Notes under the pieces: generated by a model | The model's input: the letters and a program-made list of their open reading frames with translations, nothing else | Databases searched by the model: none | Told to the model about the DNA's origin: nothing | Assembly (NCBI GenBank): GCA_043799385.1 | Contig: JAZDNV010000001.1 | Location: 32,265 to 96,264 of the forward strand | Direction of reading: 5' to 3' | Length of the DNA stretch: 64,000 nt | Source: Candidatus Aenigmatarchaeota archaeon | GTDB lineage: Archaea; Aenigmatarchaeota; Aenigmatarchaeia; GW2011-AR5 | In this document: piece by piece, positions 56,711-64,000 of the stretch | Position numbering within the stretch: position 1 is the stretch's first letter | Layout of the letters: each line of letters begins with the position of its first letter | Position numbers and translations under genes: made by a program

Positions 56711-57650
56711 CCAAGTCTTGCAATTTATTTACATCTAAATCTTTCATCAAAACTTCTAGATTTTTAGATAAGCTAAACAGAAAGTATTTGATATCATCTT
56801 CGCTCTTATTGTAAAATGCAGAGCCGATTGCAACAGCAGACGCTCCTGCTTCCACATACTCAATCACGTCTTCGGCTGTTTCAATACCGCCCATGCCTAT
56901 TATCGGGGTATCATAACCGTTAGATCTCAATGCTTCGTATATCGTGTAAACGCAACCAATCCCGAATGGTTTTATCGATTTTCCGCTCATACCGCCGTAC
57001 CTAGCTGCCAATATCGGTTTTCTTGCGCGAATATCAATCTTCATGCCGCCTGAGATTGTGTTTATTGCGGATATAGCGTCTGCTCCTGCATTAACCGCAG
57101 CTATTGCTATATCCTTTATACTATCTCTGCAGTCTATGTAAGGTCCTGCTGAGAGCTTGACTATTATCGGTTTTTTTGTACAATCCCGGACTGCTCGAGT
57201 ATATTCTTCGACTAATTTTGGGTCGCGACCTATCATAATACCATGCTTTTCGCCGGGCATCAGATTCGGGCAAGAGAGATTCAATTCAAATGCATCACAT
57301 GAATCATCTAAACTACTCACCATTTTCGCCAATTTTTCTTTAGAGTTATCGAATATAGATACAATCAACGGCTTTTTCATTGGATAAAATCCATTCAGCT
57401 CCTCTTTCAGTGATTTGCAGCCAGAATTCGGCAAGCCAACTGCATTTATAAATGATTCTTTAGAGCATTGAGCGAATATGGGATTGTCGAAGCCAATTTT
57501 CTCATCGAAAGAAATGCTCTTAGTCACTAGCGCGCCAATCTCAAATTCTGATATACGCTTTAGGATTGGCAGAAAAGAGAATATTCCAGATGCATTCATG
57601 ACAGCTGGTTTTATTTTCAGGCCTGCAATATTAGCTGATAGCATAAACAC
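56691..57650 (-). CDS. pyrD: Dihydroorotate dehydrogenase catalytic subunit (class 1B)
   Basis: TIM-barrel DHODH motifs (NASG, GGMSGKSIKP, IGMGGI). Confidence 0.85.
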   Translation of the reverse strand: MFMLSANIAGLKIKPAVMNASGIFSFLPILKRISEFEIGALVTKSISFDEKIGFDNPIFAQCSKESFINAVGLPNSGCKSLKEELNGFYPMKKPLIVSIFDNSKEKLAKMVSSLDDSCDAFELNLSCPNLMPGEKHGIMIGRDPKLVEEYTRAVRDCTKKPIIVKLSAGPYIDCRDSIKDIAIAAVNAGADAISAINTISGGMKIDIRARKPILAARYGGMSGKSIKPFGIGCVYTIYEALRSNGYDTPIIGMGGIETAEDVIEYVEAGASAVAIGSAFYNKSEDDIKYFLFSLSKNLEVLMKDLDVNKLQDLVGVAHV

Positions 57651-57678
57651 AATAATATTGAAAAGGATAAAAATTCAA

Positions 57679-58392
57679 TCAAGCTAACTTAATTGCGCCG
57701 TACTTATCGTAATATTCAATCCACACTTGCTTTATCTCTGGCGATAACGAATCTTTAACCAATGAAAAAATATCCAGCATATTTAATATAGAGAATGTTG
57801 GGATACCCATTTTTTGGATGTTTTCTATTGCACTATCCTCCTCGATATTCACTGCATCACCCATTTTTTCTTGTCGGTCAACTGCAAGAACCAATCCAAC
57901 TACTTTATGTTCTCCCAACAATTTCAGTTTATCCAGCGCCTCCAACTTCGTGCCTCCAGTCGTAATGACATCATCGATTAACAATATCTTGTCACCAGGT
58001 TTGAAGTAACCGGAGCCTACAAATATCTGGTCCATTTTCTTATCAGCATAGGTTTTCTCTTCTTTGCGGTCGTACAAATAACGGGTGTCCATCCCAAATA
58101 ATTCATGCAAGCCTTCGCAGGCAAGGCATGCAATATTTATACCCTTGTACGCAGGACCGAAGATGAAGTCGAATTTTTCTATCTTACCATCTTTTATCAA
58201 GTCGTGTATCAAGGTTGCGTATGCCTTCTTCAGAGCAGACAACGATTCGCCATCTGTCAACGCGCCAATATTTACGAAGTTAGGTGACTTTCTGCCGCTT
58301 TTGAAAACAAATAAATCATTTATATCCTTAGATATTCTCAGTGAGCCCTTCTTAATCAATACATCAAGAAACTCTCTTCTTATTTCATCCAT
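57679..58392 (-). CDS. pyrE: Orotate phosphoribosyltransferase
   Basis: PRPP-binding loop LLIDDVITTGGT. Confidence 0.7.
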   Translation of the reverse strand: MDEIRREFLDVLIKKGSLRISKDINDLFVFKSGRKSPNFVNIGALTDGESLSALKKAYATLIHDLIKDGKIEKFDFIFGPAYKGINIACLACEGLHELFGMDTRYLYDRKEEKTYADKKMDQIFVGSGYFKPGDKILLIDDVITTGGTKLEALDKLKLLGEHKVVGLVLAVDRQEKMGDAVNIEEDSAIENIQKMGIPTFSILNMLDIFSLVKDSLSPEIKQVWIEYYDKYGAIKLA

Positions 58393-58396
58393 ATAA

Positions 58397-58933
58397 TTAC
58401 CTTTTATCCAAAGTTTCTAGAACCTTTTTAACCAATTTTTCAGGCTCTGATTCGTATATTACCTTTCCAGATTTTTTCCTTCCTGAAAGGTATTTTTCTT
58501 CCAAATCTTTTAATATCTCTGTGATTCCACCGCTACCGAGAAGGATGCCGCAGACCTTTCCTTCATCGTAAGCGATTGTGAACTCGTTTAATGAGCCAGA
58601 ACCACCAGAAATGAATATTGCCGCGTCGCACGTTCGAACTGAAACAACGTTTCTCCCTTTCTTACCAAAACCGGTGAATACCAGTATGTCAAAATCATCT
58701 TCAGGATAGCCGATTTCTTTATGTTCCTGAATATTCTCTGCCGGAGAAAAACCGATTGTAAACCCTTTATGCGCTTTCGCGGATTTTAGTGCTTCGTGCG
58801 GAATGCCTCCGCAGGCGCCGGTCACAAGCATGCAATCATTTTCAGCTATAAGTTTGCCGATTTCTCTGGCTGCTGCTACTACATTTTTATTTTCATCCTT
58901 CGCCGAACCATATACACCGATTTTCAATTTCAT
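58397..58933 (-). CDS. LOG/TIGR00725-family Rossmann-fold protein (lysine-decarboxylase-like nucleotide-binding fold) inside the pyr cluster
   Basis: GVYGSA...TGACGGIPHEA...IFISGGSGSLNEF pattern of the LOG/DprA-like family. Confidence 0.6.
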   Translation of the reverse strand: MKLKIGVYGSAKDENKNVVAAAREIGKLIAENDCMLVTGACGGIPHEALKSAKAHKGFTIGFSPAENIQEHKEIGYPEDDFDILVFTGFGKKGRNVVSVRTCDAAIFISGGSGSLNEFTIAYDEGKVCGILLGSGGITEILKDLEEKYLSGRKKSGKVIYESEPEKLVKKVLETLDKR

Positions 58934-58935
58934 AA

Positions 58936-59643
58936 TTATCTAAAATTCAGTGCAATATCTGCAAAAGACTCTGCAGACTTTTTGATATCAGATGCTTTGT
59001 AGATGCTCGATCCAATAATGGCATAGGCAGAATTATTCCCGCAGGCGTCGAAAGCTGCTTCTATATCACCACCCTGGCGGCCGATTCCAGGGAAACAGAA
59101 TTTTGGATTTATTATCTTAGAAAGCATTTCTGAATATTTTTTTATTGAATCGATCTTGTTTCCAGGAACTATGAAAAATTCTGCACCGGCCTTTGCGCCA
59201 TTATTATACATTTCTTCTGGTGCATTGTCCCTCAAATAACCACCGTCTTTTGCCAAATATTTTGGGTGTGTCATCTCGCCGCCGACCATCGGCACGATGC
59301 CAGAAGTTAGCAATGCTTTGACAAATGCCTCCTGAGTTGCCGGACCTGACTGAGGAAATATTATCGCTGAGTCGACACCTGAATTTTTCATAACCGACGC
59401 GAACTCAGTGCCCATGTCTGGTATGTCGGTGCTTGCTTTCTGATGGTCATATATTACTGGCAGATCTGATAGATCCTTGATAGATTCTACAATATTCTTT
59501 AGTCCGTAATTTAATCCCAAAATAAAGCCGACTTTATAACCAACTATGCCATTGATGGAAGAGGTTGCGTCAACAAGCTTTCTCAACTCATCTAAAGTTT
59601 TGACATCGCAGGCAACGATAATTCCATAATTCGAAGAAAACAT
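58936..59643 (-). CDS. pyrF: Orotidine 5'-phosphate decarboxylase
   Basis: IVACDV...DHQKASTDIP matches OMP decarboxylase catalytic residues (D-x-K-x-x-D). Confidence 0.8.
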   Translation of the reverse strand: MFSSNYGIIVACDVKTLDELRKLVDATSSINGIVGYKVGFILGLNYGLKNIVESIKDLSDLPVIYDHQKASTDIPDMGTEFASVMKNSGVDSAIIFPQSGPATQEAFVKALLTSGIVPMVGGEMTHPKYLAKDGGYLRDNAPEEMYNNGAKAGAEFFIVPGNKIDSIKKYSEMLSKIINPKFCFPGIGRQGGDIEAAFDACGNNSAYAIIGSSIYKASDIKKSAESFADIALNFR

Positions 59644-59710
59644 GACTCCACCCTATACTGTATTTTTAATTTAGGTTTAAAGTATTTAAATTGTTCATCC
59701 ATCTATTTTC

Positions 59711-60592
59711 ATGCAAAAAGAAATTATGGAAAAATATCTACTGGCTGGCAAGATAGCCGCTGAAGTCAGGGAAGAGAGCAAAAAATGGATAGTTGTTGGG
59801 TCAAAACTTATTGATATTGCAGAAAAAATCGAGGCGATGATTCGCGAGAAAGGTGCGGCGCCCGCTTTTCCTGTCAATCTTTCGTTGAATGACGTTGCTG
59901 CCCATTACACGCCGATAAAGAAGGATGAGACAAAAGTAAAGGAAGGTGATATTCTAAAAGTCGATATAGGCGTTCATGTTGACGGATACGTGGGCGATAC
60001 GGCATATACGATTTCCTTCGGTGGAAATGAGAAATTGGTAGAGGCGAGCGAATCTGCACTAAATGGGGCAATAAAACTATGCAAGCCAGGAACGTTGCTT
60101 AGCGATATCTCTGCAAAAATCGAAGAGACGATTCATAGTTATGGCTTTAATCCAATATCGAATCTCACTGGCCACGGCCTTGAGCAATATAATCTTCATG
60201 CCGAGCCGCAGATACCTAACATAAAATTCCATTCTGATTATAAACTGAAAGAGAATCAGGTGATTGCAATAGAGCCTTTCGCTACAAATGGCTCCGGCTA
60301 CGTAAAGGAATCAGATTTGGTTATTATATTCAGACTTGTTGGTTTAGGAGCAGTAAGGAACAACGATGGCAGAGCGATAATGAGATTCGCTACTGCTTTC
60401 AATGGATTGCCGTTCGCTGAGCGCTGGATTCCAATCGACTCTATGATAAAAATACGGATTGCGATGCGTGAATTGCGCGAGAAAGGCATCATATACGATT
60501 ATCCGATACTGAAAGAATCCGCAGGAGGCGCGATAAGCCAGGCAGAACACACAGTTATAATAAAGGATGAGCCAGTCGTGACCACAAAATAA
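59711..60592 (+). CDS. map: Methionine aminopeptidase, type 2 (archaeal)
   Basis: AHYTP, DIGVHVDGY and HG motifs in archaeal MetAP2 arrangement. Confidence 0.9.
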   Translation: MQKEIMEKYLLAGKIAAEVREESKKWIVVGSKLIDIAEKIEAMIREKGAAPAFPVNLSLNDVAAHYTPIKKDETKVKEGDILKVDIGVHVDGYVGDTAYTISFGGNEKLVEASESALNGAIKLCKPGTLLSDISAKIEETIHSYGFNPISNLTGHGLEQYNLHAEPQIPNIKFHSDYKLKENQVIAIEPFATNGSGYVKESDLVIIFRLVGLGAVRNNDGRAIMRFATAFNGLPFAERWIPIDSMIKIRIAMRELREKGIIYDYPILKESAGGAISQAEHTVIIKDEPVVTTK

Positions 60593-60619
60593 ATATATAA
60601 AGATTTTTTTTCAAAATCA

Positions 60620-61159
60620 ATGATAGATATGTTGGTAATAATAGATAACGGAAAAGGCGCGAATGAGATTTCAAGCATAACAAGGGCAAAGATAGCAACG
60701 CCAAAAAGCATACCAAAGGCAGACGCTTACATCTTATCTGATGGCATTCTGAGCAAGGATAATCAGAAGGCGAACGTGAATCTGATAAAATGTTTTGACA
60801 AGCCACTTCTTTGCATCGGTCTTGGCTCCTCGTTTCTTGGCGCAGCTTTTGGTGCGCAGATAAAAGAAATTAAGGCAGCGAAAAAACAGGAACGGTTAAA
60901 TCTAAATATTCCATGCCCGCTCACACTTGATTTGAAGAAATTCTTCAACGTTGTTAATGATTCCAAATATACAATAGGCAATCTACCGGATAACTTCAAC
61001 GTTGTTGCTTCATCATCAGGCGTTGAGTTCGGGATAATACAGGAAATGAGCAAACCCTTTTTCGGCGTCCAATTTAACCCGGAACTCGGCGGTGACGGGA
61101 TAAAGATATTACAGAATTTTGTGCGATTCGTTGAAATCTGGGCGAAGTATCACAAGTGA
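60620..61159 (+). CDS. Class I glutamine amidotransferase-like protein (possibly GMP synthase subunit A-like), divergent
   Basis: GATase1-like fold with nucleophile-elbow CIGLGSS and length about 180 aa. The catalytic His/Glu are not obvious. Confidence 0.45.
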   Translation: MIDMLVIIDNGKGANEISSITRAKIATPKSIPKADAYILSDGILSKDNQKANVNLIKCFDKPLLCIGLGSSFLGAAFGAQIKEIKAAKKQERLNLNIPCPLTLDLKKFFNVVNDSKYTIGNLPDNFNVVASSSGVEFGIIQEMSKPFFGVQFNPELGGDGIKILQNFVRFVEIWAKYHK

Positions 61160-61714
61160 TTATCCTATATAATCAATATCATCCACTTCGATGACTTTCA
61201 TTACGTTTTTTGGTTCCTGGCCTTTCGGGTAGAGTAAGTAAGGAAAGAATTCACTCATATCAAAAGATATTTTTGTAGCTGGGTGCTCTTCTCCAAAAAA
61301 TTTTCTGCATATCAAATAGGAAAGTTTTCTGACCGCTGCTTCGTCAAGGTAACCAAGGCTGTGAATGTATTCGTGTAGAAGTATAGAGAACAAATATGGC
61401 TTAAACAATTCCGGATTCGTTTCCGTTATCCTTCTCAGAGGAGTGCTGTTAACTACAATTATATTCGACTCTACAGGATAGAAAGCGCTCAGCAAACCGT
61501 CTGGCTTGTTTCCAATCTCGACTAATCCTATATCCAGTCCTGCCCGGCTCTCTTTTAGTGTCGCCTTTACGCAGTCTTTAACAAGGTCAAAAATATCTTT
61601 TATCGAATCGCAGTCGTTGAGCTCTTCGCATAAATTTATTTCATCATTATGCTTGGCTGTAAAAAAAGGTATACAATTTTCAAAGAATCCGTTGTACATA
61701 TTTATTGCCAACAT
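61160..61714 (-). CDS. Hypothetical protein with HExxH motif (putative zinc metallopeptidase)
   Basis: HEYIHSLGYLDE provides HExxH plus a downstream acidic residue; Cys-rich N-terminus. Confidence 0.4.
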   Translation of the reverse strand: MLAINMYNGFFENCIPFFTAKHNDEINLCEELNDCDSIKDIFDLVKDCVKATLKESRAGLDIGLVEIGNKPDGLLSAFYPVESNIIVVNSTPLRRITETNPELFKPYLFSILLHEYIHSLGYLDEAAVRKLSYLICRKFFGEEHPATKISFDMSEFFPYLLYPKGQEPKNVMKVIEVDDIDYIG

Positions 61715-61734
61715 AAAACCACACCAAATATTGG

Positions 61735-63945
61735 TTATCCAGTATACGTTATCTCTTCTTCAATCTTCTGCGATTTCTTTCTTTTCATCAGGCTTTCATA
61801 GAACGTGTTCATGTCCTCGCTCACGGAAGGTTTTATCTCCTTCATTGCCGAGTCAAAATCTTTTTTTGCAATCTCCTTTACTTGGGCGTTCTTTCTCATC
61901 GCGTTCATGCCCGCTTCGCGGCACAACGCCTCTAAATCTGCGCCAGAGAAACCTTCCGTTTCCTTTGCCAGATATTCTAACAAGGACAATCTCCTACCAC
62001 TTATATGGTTTTTATCTAGATTATCGACATCTTTTTGCGATACAGCCTCGCCGGATGCCATTCTACTCATTATTTTTTTCTTAATGTCGGTTTTTATTGA
62101 TTCATCTTTGATACCATCTTCGTTTATAGGCATCCCTTTTGTCTGAACCTTTAATATCTCTAATCTTGCTTTCTCGTCAGGAGTCGGAACCAAAATCTGC
62201 CTGTCGAACCGTCCAGGTCTCAGCAGCGCCTGGTCCATTATATCCGGTCTGTTCGTTGCTGCAATGACAACAACACCACGCAATTCCTCCAAGCCAGATA
62301 TTTCGGCGAGCAATTGCGACACCACACGCTCGGATACATGCGAATCCGATGAGTAACCGCGCTTTGGTACGAGCGCATCTATCTCGTCAAAGAATATTAT
62401 CGAAGGTGCAACTTGGCGCGCACGCCTGAATATCTCGCGAACGTGGCGTTCAGATTCGCCGACGTACATCGACAACAGCTCAGGCCCTTTTATCGAAATG
62501 AAATTAGCACCGGCTTCATTAGCTACCGCTTTAGCGAGCATCGTTTTGCCGCAGCCAGGAGGACCGTATAACAAGATTCCAGTCGGCGGGCGAATGCCCA
62601 GATTTTTAAATGAATCCGCGTACTTCAACGGCCACTCTATTGCCTCCTTCATAGACGCTTTCACGGTTTCCAAGCCGCCTATGTCAGCCCATTTGACGTT
62701 CGGAACTTCGAACAGGACTTCGCGCATCGCAGATGGCTCGACCATCTTGAGTGCGTGGTCAAAATCATCGCGGGTCACTATCAATTTCTTCAATAATTCC
62801 TGATCGAATGGCTTGTCTTCTTTTATCTCGCCAAGATCAGGCAAAATTCTTCTTAGCGCGTGCATTGCCGCTTCCTTGCATAATGCAGAAATATCAGCGC
62901 CAACATAACCATATGTAATTTCTGATATTTTATCAATTTCAACGTCTTTGGACAGAGGCATACCTCTTGTATGGATCTGCAATATCTCTTTTCTACCGTC
63001 CTTGTTAGGAACACCTAATTCGATTTCTCGGTCGAATCGGCCAGGTCTTCTCAGTGCCGGGTCTATGGAATTCGGAATATTTGTTGCGCCTATGACAATT
63101 AGTTTTCCACGCGATTTCAATCCATCCAATAACGTTAGCAATTGCGAGACGACACGTCGTTCGACCTCGCCTCGTGTTTCTTCTCTTTTAGGCGCAATCG
63201 CGTCGATTTCGTCTATGAAAATAATCGAAGGCGCGTTCTTTTCTGCTTCCTCAAACTTTTTCCTTAAATTTTCCTCTGATTCGCCATAGAACTTGCTCAT
63301 AATTTCAGGACCGTTGATTACAAGGAATCTTGCTCCGCTTTCATTCGCTACTGCTTTAGCAAGCAACGTTTTACCGGTTCCTGGTGGTCCGTGTAGTAGA
63401 ATACCTTTAGGCGGTTCGATGCCCAAACGCTCGAATAGCTCCGGATGCTTTAGCGGTAATTCAATCATTTCTCGGACCTTTTGAACCTCTTCATGCAGAC
63501 CGCCTAAATCTTCATACGTAACGTCCGGTATCTTTTCCTCCTCCAAAGGTGCGGTCGCTTGCGGTAGAAGTTCGATATCAGTTTCTTTGGTCACGCGAAC
63601 GATGCCTTTCGGCTCAGTTGCTACAACAACGAATTTCTCCTCGCCAAACGGCTGCATCAGCATATCGGTTATGTTCATATCAAATCCGAAGAATTCGAAG
63701 AAGTTGGTTTCCCTGCGGTTCTGGACAATAGGATTTGGAACTATAATATCACCGAGGTATAACGGCCTCATCAGTAAATTCTGCTTGAATATATTACCAC
63801 CCATATGGATTATTATCCCCTTCCTCGCCGGCGCGATGGTAACGCTTTTCGCTTCCTTAACATCAGCCCTTTTTATTTTCACAGCTTCTCCAATACCAGT
63901 ACCACAATTCCTTCTCGCAAGGCCATCCATACGAACGACATCCAA
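61735..63945 (-). CDS. cdc48: CDC48/VCP-like AAA+ ATPase (two AAA domains)
   Basis: Two Walker A sites (GPPGTGKT and GPPGCGKT), two SRH regions and the N-terminal CDC48 domain. Confidence 0.9.
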   Translation of the reverse strand: MDVVRMDGLARRNCGTGIGEAVKIKRADVKEAKSVTIAPARKGIIIHMGGNIFKQNLLMRPLYLGDIIVPNPIVQNRRETNFFEFFGFDMNITDMLMQPFGEEKFVVVATEPKGIVRVTKETDIELLPQATAPLEEEKIPDVTYEDLGGLHEEVQKVREMIELPLKHPELFERLGIEPPKGILLHGPPGTGKTLLAKAVANESGARFLVINGPEIMSKFYGESEENLRKKFEEAEKNAPSIIFIDEIDAIAPKREETRGEVERRVVSQLLTLLDGLKSRGKLIVIGATNIPNSIDPALRRPGRFDREIELGVPNKDGRKEILQIHTRGMPLSKDVEIDKISEITYGYVGADISALCKEAAMHALRRILPDLGEIKEDKPFDQELLKKLIVTRDDFDHALKMVEPSAMREVLFEVPNVKWADIGGLETVKASMKEAIEWPLKYADSFKNLGIRPPTGILLYGPPGCGKTMLAKAVANEAGANFISIKGPELLSMYVGESERHVREIFRRARQVAPSIIFFDEIDALVPKRGYSSDSHVSERVVSQLLAEISGLEELRGVVVIAATNRPDIMDQALLRPGRFDRQILVPTPDEKARLEILKVQTKGMPINEDGIKDESIKTDIKKKIMSRMASGEAVSQKDVDNLDKNHISGRRLSLLEYLAKETEGFSGADLEALCREAGMNAMRKNAQVKEIAKKDFDSAMKEIKPSVSEDMNTFYESLMKRKKSQKIEEEITYTG

Positions 63946-64000
63946 TCCTACATCAGCCGGATAGGCGCGAACTGCAATAGCTGCGGTCTTGCGTTTGCCG

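Noticed and set aside
1-64000. CRISPR array, cas genes, rRNA genes, IS elements or integrases
   Set aside because: No regularly spaced direct repeats with unique spacers were seen, no Cas-like proteins and no rRNA-like stretches. The only repeat-rich DNA (8850..9260) has irregular spacing and no unique spacers, so it fits an initiator-binding array better than a CRISPR array.

Overview
This is an AT-rich, gene-dense archaeal chromosomal segment. Recognisable genes include an archaeal histone, RPA and RadA, an archaeal DnaG-type primase, Hjc, Orc1/Cdc6, a PolD small-subunit-like gene, two complete family-B DNA polymerases, an Lhr-type helicase, CDC48, NAC, a class-III-signal pilin, a PorGDAB operon and mevalonate-pathway genes (HMG-CoA reductase; thiolase/HMG-CoA synthase/DUF35 trio). 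A pyrCKDEF cluster is also present. I call about 80 protein-coding genes and 5 tRNA genes. Every tRNA is interrupted by at least one intron, and several introns sit at non-canonical positions, twice between positions 59 and 60 in the T-loop. I saw no rRNA, no CRISPR array and no IS element or integrase. Two replication-origin-like regions stand out. The first is a canonical oriC with inverted ORB elements directly upstream of orc1/cdc6 and the DP1-like gene. The second is a dense inverted repeat cluster (core AACTTCACG / CGTGAAGTT) next to a divergent Orc1/Cdc6-like AAA+ gene and a small wHTH gene. Other loci worth a second look: an HTH gene translationally coupled inside the por operon, a wHTH / glycine-zipper membrane protein / wHTH locus, an EF-Tu domain II/III protein with a degenerate G domain behind LemA-TPM, a Ser-for-Cys class-II amidotransferase-like protein, a bacterial-type MetK divergent from an HTH-CBS regulator, and an MPE-Lhr-PolB module. 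The lineage guess, a small-genome DPANN-like or related archaeon, is inference only, from low GC, compactness and the abundance of non-canonical tRNA introns. All calls come from reading the sequence and the ORF translations; no searches were run.
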